From contig NZ_CP061286.1 of assembly GCF_018687095.1 (NCBI RefSeq), positions 768,576 through 800,575 on the forward strand: a DNA stretch of 32,000 nt, written 5' to 3'. This DNA comes from Polynucleobacter sp. MWH-UH25E. Its GTDB lineage: Bacteria; Pseudomonadota; Gammaproteobacteria; Burkholderiales; Burkholderiaceae. The stretch's first letter is position 1; each line of letters starts with the position of its first letter. A program made the position numbers and the translations under genes. The notes below the pieces were generated by a model. The model made no database searches, was not told the origin of the DNA, and worked only from the letters and a program-made list of their open reading frames with translations. Below, piece after piece: positions 24,204 to 32,000 of this stretch.

Positions 24204-25565
24204 ATGAAATTATTCAATCTAAAAAAAGTGGCAGTTACTTCAGTATTCGTTGCTGGAGGATTTATGTCAGTTGGCGTGCATGCTCAATCTTCCACTACAG
24301 CGACAGTTGGAGGTACCACTTACACAGTAACCTTGTCCCCGCTAGAGACTTGGCCTACTGCTGTAAGCAATGGAGCACAATTAGTTTCAAGCCTTTCTTT
24401 GGCTAGAAGTTTGGCTGCAGCCTTGCCAACTTGGAATCCAGCAGTTAACACAATTGGTGGCAGCCATGTAGGACCATATTTTGCATACCTAAATAGTGGT
24501 GGTGCTTCTACTGTTGCATATTGGGACAGCAGTTTTAGTATGGCTATTGGTAACTATGGCGTTAATGATTCAAGCTCTGCATATTGGGCGCTTGTGACTC
24601 TTGGTGCTGGCGGCCCATCTGTTGCCAACACGCAGACTTCTCTTGTAAATACAGCCTCATCGCTACAAAGTATCTACACGCTCCAGAACTCAGTATTAGC
24701 CAATAGCTTTAGCTATGACTGTGCGGACTTTGGTGCAAATGGTGTTTGCGTATCAGCTGGCGGTCGTAATACTGCTGTGTCAGCTGCTAATGGTTTGAAT
24801 AACACCAGCGGCTTATTGATTGGTGGATATCGTATTGATAACAACTATCGTATTGGCGCTTACATAGACCAGAATTTATCTGTAAATAATGCTGGCTCTA
24901 CAGTTAACTTGGGCAACAACACACCATTGATTGGTCTGTTTGGTGCTTGGAATGAAAAACAAGATGGCACTGGTACTGAAGTTAAGGTATCTGCTGCTTA
25001 TGGTCAAAAGAACACAACCATTACACGCCAAGTAGTTGGCGCAGGTTCAACAGCCTCGGAAGCTGGTTCTGGTAGCTCACAACTCAACAGTCAAGGTGCT
25101 CAAGCAGTTGCTAAATATGGTTTTGGTGTTGCTAAAGATGTCATTGTGTCTCCATATGCTGGTATTCGTTATACACAGAACAATATGGGTGGCTATACGG
25201 AAAGCGCAACTAGCGCTGTAACTGCGCCATTAACTTACTCAGCTCTTAATACCAACGCTACTACTGTATTGGCTGGTGTAGGTGCCTCATACAAGTTTGT
25301 TCCACAAGCGGCTGTATTTGCAAGTGCTGGCATAGAGAGCGATACAAATACAGCTAATGGCTCACTCAGTGCCACTGGCGTATCTGGTTTAACCCCAGTG
25401 AATTTCAACTCTAATCCAGTGAAAACAAGAGCAACAGCTACTGTTGGTACTTACTATGATGTTGAGAAGAATCAACGCATCGGTGTAACTGGTATTTACC
25501 GTCAAGAGCCATACCAGGCTGTTTCTACGACTACTGTGATGGCAACTTATACAGTCGGTTTGTAA
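24204..25565 (+). CDS. Outer-membrane protein with an autotransporter-like beta-barrel C-terminus
   Basis: Signal peptide ending VHAQS. A Ser/Thr/Gly/Asn-rich passenger-like part is followed by alternating beta-strand patterns in the C-terminal ~270 aa. Confidence 0.6.
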   Translation: MKLFNLKKVAVTSVFVAGGFMSVGVHAQSSTTATVGGTTYTVTLSPLETWPTAVSNGAQLVSSLSLARSLAAALPTWNPAVNTIGGSHVGPYFAYLNSGGASTVAYWDSSFSMAIGNYGVNDSSSAYWALVTLGAGGPSVANTQTSLVNTASSLQSIYTLQNSVLANSFSYDCADFGANGVCVSAGGRNTAVSAANGLNNTSGLLIGGYRIDNNYRIGAYIDQNLSVNNAGSTVNLGNNTPLIGLFGAWNEKQDGTGTEVKVSAAYGQKNTTITRQVVGAGSTASEAGSGSSQLNSQGAQAVAKYGFGVAKDVIVSPYAGIRYTQNNMGGYTESATSAVTAPLTYSALNTNATTVLAGVGASYKFVPQAAVFASAGIESDTNTANGSLSATGVSGLTPVNFNSNPVKTRATATVGTYYDVEKNQRIGVTGIYRQEPYQAVSTTTVMATYTVGL

Positions 25566-25586
25566 TCAAAGCTGCTTAGTAAAGAA

Positions 25587-25610
25587 AGACCGCCTTTGGG
25601 CGGTCTTTTT
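25587..25610. terminator. Bidirectional terminator between convergent genes
   Basis: AGACCGCC-TTTG-GGCGGTCT hairpin flanked by A and T runs. Confidence 0.75.
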
Positions 25611-25665
25611 ATTGGGTGTCTTCGTGCGTACTTAGATATGCTTTCCGTATTAATCGGGCCATTGT

Positions 25666-26145
25666 TTACTCGGTCGCTTTCCACTCACCAGACTTGCCAC
25701 CACTCTTCTCAAGCAGCTTGATATCACCCATCATCATGCCTCTATCGACTGCTTTGCACATATCGTAGATTGTGAGTAAGGCTACTTGGACCGCGGTGAG
25801 GGCTTCCATTTCAACACCAGTTGGTCCAGTTGTTTCTGTTCTAACTTGGCAGCTAATGCTATTGGTTTTTGGTTCAAGCTGAAACTCTAGGCTGACATGG
25901 GTTAATGCCAGCGGGTGGCAAAGCGGAATTAAATCCGGGGTTTTCTTGGAGCCTTGTATACCTGCAATCCTGGCGATTCCAAGCACATCACCTTTTTTGT
26001 GGGTGCCACCCTCTACCATTTTGAAGGTCTCTGGAAGCATTGTAATCTTGCCGGTCGCAATGGCAATACGATGGGTATGGGGCTTATCTCCTACATTTAC
26101 CATATGGGCTTGGCCACTGGCATCAAAATGAGTTAGTTTGTTCAT
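25666..26145 (-). CDS. moaC: Cyclic pyranopterin monophosphate synthase MoaC
   Basis: [21 protein letters not shown]... and the conserved LIPLCHPL and DMCKA motifs. The start was trimmed to the internal ATG at 26145. Confidence 0.9.
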   Translation of the reverse strand: MNKLTHFDASGQAHMVNVGDKPHTHRIAIATGKITMLPETFKMVEGGTHKKGDVLGIARIAGIQGSKKTPDLIPLCHPLALTHVSLEFQLEPKTNSISCQVRTETTGPTGVEMEALTAVQVALLTIYDMCKAVDRGMMMGDIKLLEKSGGKSGEWKATE

Positions 26146-26168
26146 GGGATAAGTTTTACCATATAGGG

Positions 26169-27878
26169 ATGAAGGAAATAAAGTCAGGACAAAATACCGC
26201 AATTTGGCGTCGCATAGTGGCGGGTCAGCTTGTATTTGCCTTATGGTGTTCTTACACTTCGCCCGCTTATTCTGCTGGGGCTGCTCCAGCAGGCGATGTT
26301 TCGGTAGAGGGTAATTCAGCGGCAATCTCCAATATCAATCGCGCTATGCAGTCTCCAGATGCACGCCCTGCGAATGCCCCAACCCGAAGTAGCTTACAAA
26401 GTCAGCCTGCGATTGTGTTGCCGGATATGGGTGATCCTGGTGGTGATGCATTGAGTCGAGTAGATGAGCGTAAGTATGGCGAAATGATCATGCGTCAGAT
26501 TCGTCCAGATGCAGATTATTCCAACGATTTACCCATTTACGACTATCTCAATCAAATGGAGAGGCGTCTATTGCAGGCCGCTAAAAAGTTGCAGCTTGGT
26601 GGAGCAAATGAGCAAGGAAGTGGCGCTTACAACTTTGAATTATTTGCCGTGAAGGACAGCAGTATTAATGCGTTTGCATTGCCTGGTGGATTTATTGGGT
26701 TTCATACTGGGCTGCTGGTGAGTGCAGAGTCTGACTCTGAAGTGGCTTCGGTTATGGGGCATGAAACGGGCCACGTATTGCAGCGCCACTTGGCTAGACA
26801 GATGGACAAGCAAACTACGAATACGATGATTGCGATTGCTGGCATGGTGCTGGGTGCTTTAGCAATGTCACGTAATCCTCAAGCAGCTGCAGGTTTAATG
26901 CAAGGTGGTCAAGCTGCTGCGATTAATAATCAACTTTCTTATTCTAGGGATGCGGAGCGAGAAGCGGATCGCATTGGCTTTCAGATTTTGGATGCCAGTG
27001 GGTATGACGTCAATGGCGCTCCTGGGTTTTTCCAACGCTTGCAAAAGGCTACTGGAATTATGGACAAAGGTGTTCCTACTTATGTCCGCACTCACCCGCT
27101 CACAACGGATCGTATTGCAGATATGCAAGATCGGGCGCGCACTGTTCCAGCACGAAATGTTCCCACGGCTGTGGAGTTTTATTTCATTAAAGCCCGAGCA
27201 CGAATGGAACAAGCGGGTAGTTCCAGTGGTCTCTATGACTTAAAAAACACATTTGATAGCTTGAGTAAGCAATCCCAAGTAGGCAAGCAAATGGAAGGTT
27301 TCTATGGCTTGGCTTTGATCGCGCAGCGACAAGGAAAGTGGGATCAAGCTGAATCTGATTTACAGCAAGCACGTAATTTAGCTCAGAAAGCAAGCGCACC
27401 AGGCTCTCCAATTCAGCGTCAAAGTTTGTCGCTAGAAATCACTGCCTCTGAATTGGCTTTGGCAAAAGGTAGAAATGAAGAGGCGCTGCAAATTGCGCAG
27501 AATGCTTTACGCGCCTACCCTCAGTCATATGCTGCCGGTGCCGCAATGGTGAATGCGGAGCTCAAGATGGGGCGTACAAACGATGCCATTACTTGGTTAA
27601 AGGCGCGAACACGCTCACAACCCAATGAGATTTTGTGGTGGAGCATGCTATCTAATGCCTACGATCAAGCAAACAATGTTCCAATGCGCCATTTTGCTTT
27701 GGGTGAAAAGTACGCCTTAGAGGGGGCATGGCCCTCTGCTATTGAACAACTCAAGATTGCACGAAGCGCGGGCGGCGCTGATTTTTATCAAAGCTCTAGT
27801 ATTGATGCGCGCCTTAGAGAAATGCAGCGGCAGTATCGAGATGAATTAAAGGATCAGGGAAAACAATTCCCTGGCTAG
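26169..27878 (+). CDS. M48-family Zn-metalloprotease with C-terminal TPR repeats (BepA/YfgC-like)
   Basis: HETGHV (HExxH) motif, a signal peptide and a TPR-like C-terminal half. Confidence 0.85.
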   Translation: MKEIKSGQNTAIWRRIVAGQLVFALWCSYTSPAYSAGAAPAGDVSVEGNSAAISNINRAMQSPDARPANAPTRSSLQSQPAIVLPDMGDPGGDALSRVDERKYGEMIMRQIRPDADYSNDLPIYDYLNQMERRLLQAAKKLQLGGANEQGSGAYNFELFAVKDSSINAFALPGGFIGFHTGLLVSAESDSEVASVMGHETGHVLQRHLARQMDKQTTNTMIAIAGMVLGALAMSRNPQAAAGLMQGGQAAAINNQLSYSRDAEREADRIGFQILDASGYDVNGAPGFFQRLQKATGIMDKGVPTYVRTHPLTTDRIADMQDRARTVPARNVPTAVEFYFIKARARMEQAGSSSGLYDLKNTFDSLSKQSQVGKQMEGFYGLALIAQRQGKWDQAESDLQQARNLAQKASAPGSPIQRQSLSLEITASELALAKGRNEEALQIAQNALRAYPQSYAAGAAMVNAELKMGRTNDAITWLKARTRSQPNEILWWSMLSNAYDQANNVPMRHFALGEKYALEGAWPSAIEQLKIARSAGGADFYQSSSIDARLREMQRQYRDELKDQGKQFPG

Positions 27879-27888
27879 CATTGGCCCA

Positions 27889-28506
27889 TTAAAGTGGCAT
27901 GGGTTCTTTGATGAATCCAAAGCGCTTGCCCAGTTCATCTGAGTGAATAGGATCTAGTGCTAGCTGCTTGCCTTGCCAGTTCCATGAACCCCCAAAACTG
28001 CATGCTTCCTCGCGTAATTTGGCTAGTTCAGAAAATTGATCCAGGTCGTGATCATGAAGTAGGGCAATACCAAGATAATCTGCTGTCTCAAACCGTTGAG
28101 TTGCTAAATCTTTACAAATGCTTTGCTTTATAAATCCAGCAATGTAAATATTACCGTTTTCATCGCTTAGGGCCGAGCTCGGATTGATCTCAGTCTGGCA
28201 TTGTGTAATCATCTTTAGACCATCCTCACCGGGGATGATGCGTGCAACCCATGGGGTATTAGTTAGAGTAATAAATACCCGTTGTGGACCATTCTGGAAA
28301 AAGTATCTGCCAGATTGATCGCATGCGTAATTGCGGTTAATAAATTCTTTAAGGGCGGTGTGTTCAATTACTTGGCCTGGCAATCTATTTTGCTGGGCGA
28401 ATTCATCTCGCATACGCCACTGGCCTCTACGATCTAAAGCAAGCCAACCATAGCAATCCGGCACATTAGGCCATTTAATGAGTGAGCGTAATACTTGCTC
28501 ATCCAT
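27889..28506 (-). CDS. Conserved hypothetical protein (possibly DUF1285-like)
   Basis: The start was trimmed to MDEQVL at 28506, just past the upstream stop. The family assignment is from memory and weak. Confidence 0.5.
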   Translation of the reverse strand: MDEQVLRSLIKWPNVPDCYGWLALDRRGQWRMRDEFAQQNRLPGQVIEHTALKEFINRNYACDQSGRYFFQNGPQRVFITLTNTPWVARIIPGEDGLKMITQCQTEINPSSALSDENGNIYIAGFIKQSICKDLATQRFETADYLGIALLHDHDLDQFSELAKLREEACSFGGSWNWQGKQLALDPIHSDELGKRFGFIKEPMPL

Positions 28507-28510
28507 TGAT

Positions 28511-28945
28511 TTAGTGGAAACCGTGGGGTGTTGATGGTGCGTCGAAGGTGTCGTCAGTTGACCGGCTGGCATGCAAATGCGCAATGCGCCAACCTTGACT
28601 ATCTTGCAAGAGCACCAACGTGATGTTTAGAAAAAACTCCGCTTCAATTTGATCTGCCCTCAAATGAACGGCTTCAGTCGTGTCATAAACTGCCGCTCCT
28701 AAAATGGAGTGGCTGATACAGGCGATAGGCTCTAAGAATAAGGCTTGTTTTGAGAGTAATCTTTCAAGGCCGTCCCGAATTTCAGCGTGCCCACTGAGTC
28801 GATGTCCTTCTGGTAGTACACAGGTAATAGAGTCGTCATCTAACCAGATTGCTAGTGCGCCTTGAACATCGCGGTGGCGTAGAGCATCGCGCCAAGCATC
28901 AACTACTTCATCGGCATTATGAAAAAGTCTAGCGAGTTTAGTCAT
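28511..28945 (-). CDS. NTF2/SnoaL-like (DUF4440-type) protein
   Basis: 144 aa. It has the W..A....D......W..D....V.P pattern and a C-terminal GWRI.H.H motif. Confidence 0.55.
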   Translation of the reverse strand: MTKLARLFHNADEVVDAWRDALRHRDVQGALAIWLDDDSITCVLPEGHRLSGHAEIRDGLERLLSKQALFLEPIACISHSILGAAVYDTTEAVHLRADQIEAEFFLNITLVLLQDSQGWRIAHLHASRSTDDTFDAPSTPHGFH

Positions 28946-28962
28946 AGCTAGTTTCCTGTGGG

Positions 28963-29997
28963 CTATAGCAAGGTATTCAGTGTAGCGAATACTTGTTGCG
29001 GGAGGATGTCATTTAGACACTTTAGATGGCCAAGAGGACATTCTTTTTTGTGGCAAGGGCTGCAAGGGAGATTGAGCCAAAGCACTTTGGCCATTTCTGA
29101 TAATGGTGGAGTGTGTGCAGGATCGCTTGAGCCAAAAATAGCCACTTGGGGTGTTTTGAGTGCTGCGGCAATATGCATCAATCCAGAATCGTTGCTGACA
29201 ACGGCTTTAGCTGCGCCAATTAATGCGATAGCCTCATCTAGAGATGTATTGCCACACCAGTTATGAATATTTGCTCGATTCTGGGATTGCTGAAGAATTT
29301 CTTCGGCTAGTTGATGATCGCCCTTGCCACCCAGAAGAATGATGTGTGCATTTGTGTGAGTATGGGCAAGACTGTTTGCTAATGCTGCGAAGTGAGGAGC
29401 GGGCCAGCGTTTGGTTGGTCCGTATTCAGCACCTGGACAAAAAACAAATACTGAGTTGGGATCAATATTTGCATCTGATAATTTTTTGTTGATAGATTGG
29501 CTGGCAGTTGCAGCAACATTAAGCTTAGGCGTAAGTGATCTTGCCACAGGTAATTCACCATGCGAAAGCAATTCGCCCAGAGCTAAGTAATGTTCTACCA
29601 TTGGTGGGCGATTCACTTTGCTTGGGTTATCGAGCGCCACATTAATCAATCCAAAGCGCAGCTCACCACGGTAGCCAACCCGAAAAGGGATGTTTGCTAG
29701 CCAGGGGATGAGTGCTGACTTCAGGCTATTTGGAAGGACAAAACAAGCTTGATAGTTTTTTTCTTGAAGATCTTTTGCTAATTGCTTGCGCAATCCCCAC
29801 TGCAATTGTTTATGCTGAAAATCGGCTTCGATTACATCGTTGACTTCGGTACATGCGCGATAAATAGGTGCTACCCAATTGCTAGCAAGCACATCAATTT
29901 TTGAGGCTGGGTATTGAGTTTTGAGAGCAGCTAATAGTGGCTGCGTCATGACGGCATCCCCAATCCAGTTTGGGGCGATGATCAGAATACCTTGCAT
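28963..29997 (-). CDS. waaF: ADP-heptose:LPS heptosyltransferase II
   Basis: ILIIAPNWIGDAVMTQPL N-terminus, VSNDSGLMHIAAAL motif, C-terminal CSPC...C. Confidence 0.85.
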   Translation of the reverse strand: MQGILIIAPNWIGDAVMTQPLLAALKTQYPASKIDVLASNWVAPIYRACTEVNDVIEADFQHKQLQWGLRKQLAKDLQEKNYQACFVLPNSLKSALIPWLANIPFRVGYRGELRFGLINVALDNPSKVNRPPMVEHYLALGELLSHGELPVARSLTPKLNVAATASQSINKKLSDANIDPNSVFVFCPGAEYGPTKRWPAPHFAALANSLAHTHTNAHIILLGGKGDHQLAEEILQQSQNRANIHNWCGNTSLDEAIALIGAAKAVVSNDSGLMHIAAALKTPQVAIFGSSDPAHTPPLSEMAKVLWLNLPCSPCHKKECPLGHLKCLNDILPQQVFATLNTLL

Positions 29998-30047
29998 GAG
30001 ATGTATCCCGACTCAGCACCCCTTAATGAATGGGGTGCTGATACGAA

Positions 30048-30239
30048 TCAGTGCCCGTGTGGCTCAGTGCCAGGGATGAGTTTGTACTCAGTGCCACAGT
30101 ATGGGCACTTTGCTTCCCCGGTCTTTGTGATATCCAAAAAGACGCGTGGATGAGAGTTCCATGCAGGCGTTTTATTTGTAGGGCAATGTAAAGGAAGATC
30201 TTTGCCGTCGACCATCACAGCTTGAGATTGAGTCATCAC
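30048..30239 (-). CDS. Zinc-finger (CHCC-type, NDUFS6-like) small protein
   Basis: HPRVFLDI....A.CPYCGT.Y pattern. 63 aa. Confidence 0.7.
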   Translation of the reverse strand: MMTQSQAVMVDGKDLPLHCPTNKTPAWNSHPRVFLDITKTGEAKCPYCGTEYKLIPGTEPHGH

Positions 30240-30268
30240 TTGCTTTCTAGGAGTTAAATACGATTAAC

Positions 30269-31192
30269 TTATTTAACGAAGGTGAGCCAAGATTTGTACT
30301 TATCATTTCTGCCGTAAACAGCATCGAAGTAAGTCTTCTGGATTTTTTCAGTAATCGGGCCACGTTTGCCATCACCAATCGTGCGATCATCAAGTTCGCG
30401 GATTGGAGTTACCTCGGCAGCAGTTCCGGTAAAGAATGCTTCGTCGGCTGAATACACTTCATCACGTGTTAAACGTTTCTCACGTACTTCATAGCCAAGA
30501 TCTTTAGCAATCTGAATGACGGAGTCACGGGTGATGCCATCTAGGCAAGAGGCTAGGTCTGGGGTGTAAACAATTCCGTTGCGAACCATAAAGAGGTTTT
30601 CGCCAGAACCTTCTGAAACGTAACCTTCTGTATCGAGCAACAATGCCTCATCGTATCCATTGGCAGTTACTTCTTGATTGGCCAAAATGGAGTTGATGTA
30701 ATAGCCAGAGGCTTTAGCGCGAACCAAAGATGAATTTACAAAGTGGCGTGTGAAGGAGGATGTTTTAACGCGAATACCTTTGTTAATGCCATCTTCGCCC
30801 AAATAAGCACCCCATTCCCAGGCGGCGATTGAGGTGTGTATGCTGTTGCCTTTAGGGGAGATACCGAGTTTTTGCGACCCGATGAAGATGATCGGGCGGA
30901 TGTAGCAGGCTTCGAGCTTATTGCTATTAATGACATCAATAATGCCCTTACTAATCTCTTCAGGGCTATATGGCATGCTCATTTGAAAGATTTTGGTGCC
31001 ATTGAATAAGCGCTTTACGTGCTCTGGTAGGCGAAAAATAGCAGTGCCTTGGGCTGTTTTATAGGCGCGAATACCCTCAAATACGCCCATTCCGTAATGT
31101 AGGCTGTGGGTTAATACGTGAACATTTGCTTCACGCCAAGGAATCAGCTTCCCATCGGACCAAATAAAACCATCGCGGTCGGACATCGACAT
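30269..31192 (-). CDS. ilvE: Branched-chain amino acid aminotransferase
   Basis: A class IV aminotransferase sequence throughout (for example EGIRAY, YIRP, EGSGENLF). Confidence 0.93.
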   Translation of the reverse strand: MSMSDRDGFIWSDGKLIPWREANVHVLTHSLHYGMGVFEGIRAYKTAQGTAIFRLPEHVKRLFNGTKIFQMSMPYSPEEISKGIIDVINSNKLEACYIRPIIFIGSQKLGISPKGNSIHTSIAAWEWGAYLGEDGINKGIRVKTSSFTRHFVNSSLVRAKASGYYINSILANQEVTANGYDEALLLDTEGYVSEGSGENLFMVRNGIVYTPDLASCLDGITRDSVIQIAKDLGYEVREKRLTRDEVYSADEAFFTGTAAEVTPIRELDDRTIGDGKRGPITEKIQKTYFDAVYGRNDKYKSWLTFVK

Positions 31193-31403
31193 TTTTTCTA
31201 CCTTTTGTGTCTATAGGCTATCTGTAAATAGCGGATTAATCGGGGCGCCAGGCCAGGCGGTCTATGACCAATTGGCTCAGGGTGCGTCCAAGCCTCTATT
31301 GTAGAGCAGGCGACCCCATTTGTAGGCAAGGACCCAGGGGGTTGTAGGGCGGGACGATTTAGAATGGAGTATTCCCCATAAACCACCATATTTAGCCTAT
31401 CTC

Positions 31404-32000
31404 ATGCCTGAATCCTTATTTAAAGTGAAGCGTTTAAGCGAATTAGCCCAATCGGGCCAATTAAAGGGTAAGCGAGTGTTGATTCGCGCTGACCTAAACG
31501 TTCCTCAAGATGACGCTGGCAATATTACCGAGGACACCCGTATTCGTGCATCCATGCCTGCCGTGCAGATGTGTTTGGATGCCGGAGCTGCTGTGATGGT
31601 GACTTCCCACTTAGGTCGTCCTACTGAAGGTCAATTTAAGCCTGAGGATAGTTTGGCGCCAGTTGCGGATCGGATTGCAACATTGCTGAATCGCAAAGTG
31701 CCTTTGATTAGTGATTGGGTTGAAGGTGGATTTGAAGTGAATCCAGGTGAAGTAGTGCTTCTGGAAAACTGTCGCTTAAATGTGGGCGAGAAAAAGAATA
31801 GCGATGAGTTGGCAAAGAAAATTGCTTCACTCTGTGATGTCTATGTAAATGATGCTTTTGGTACTGCGCATCGTGCTGAAGCAACCACAAACGGCGTTGC
31901 TAAATTTGCACCAGTTGCTTGCGCTGGTCCACTGATGGCTGCTGAATTAGATGCATTAAGCCGTGCACTCGCAAGCCCTAAGCGTCCATTGGTGGCAATT
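31404..32000 (+). CDS. pgk: Phosphoglycerate kinase (3' end beyond the window)
   Basis: Hand translation gives [14 protein letters not shown]...[13 protein letters not shown]...VTSHLGRP...[10 protein letters not shown]. The frame is open to the window end, so it is absent from the ORF track. Confidence 0.93.
   Translation, partial: MPESLFKVKRLSELAQSGQLKGKRVLIRADLNVPQDDAGNITEDTRIRASMPAVQMCLDAGAAVMVTSHLGRPTEGQFKPEDSLAPVADRIATLLNRKVPLISDWVEGGFEVNPGEVVLLENCRLNVGEKKNSDELAKKIASLCDVYVNDAFGTAHRAEATTNGVAKFAPVACAGPLMAAELDALSRALASPKRPLVAI

Noticed and set aside
31198-31389. A 63-aa ORF in the ilvE-pgk spacer
   Set aside because: There is no RBS, the peptide is Pro/Gly-rich as expected from GC-rich non-coding DNA, and the location is a divergent promoter region.

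Overview
The window splits into two parts. Positions ~17.9-32 kb are ordinary core genome of a fairly AT-rich proteobacterium. The gene order (DUF2878, recA-recX, sucCD, terC-family, type IV pilin, autotransporter-like OMP, moaC, M48/TPR protease, waaF, ilvE, pgk) looks Burkholderiales/Polynucleobacter-like, but that is an inference from memory. Positions 1-17.9 kb are accessory DNA. A ~16.5-kb island is bounded by a 44-bp direct repeat that is the 5' half of a tRNA(CAU) gene: a remnant at 1267..1310 and the intact tRNA at 17822..17898. The island carries a 430-aa tyrosine integrase, a 188-aa catalytic-core-only (FimB/FimE-sized) tyrosine recombinase, a short KdpD-like kinase/KdpE-like regulator/KimA-like APC transporter cassette, a DUF2806 gene, a clamp-loader-like AAA+ three-gene operon, a multi-zinc-ribbon PD-(D/E)XK nuclease, several orphan ORFs and a 675-bp non-coding gap. 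The main signal is a 15-bp palindromic core, GTCGTTT(A/T)AAACGAC. I found 7 perfect copies, one copy with one mismatch and one degenerate copy, all inside the accessory half. Six sit at module boundaries (one a 29-bp perfect palindrome, three embedded in a conserved ~100-bp junction element), two bracket the integrase gene, and two lie in frame inside the AAA+ and recombinase genes. I read this as a possible lox/dif-style recombination-site network that assembles or shuffles gene modules. That is a hypothesis and needs genome-wide motif counts and comparative or experimental tests. All family names come from motif recognition by eye, and no database search was possible.
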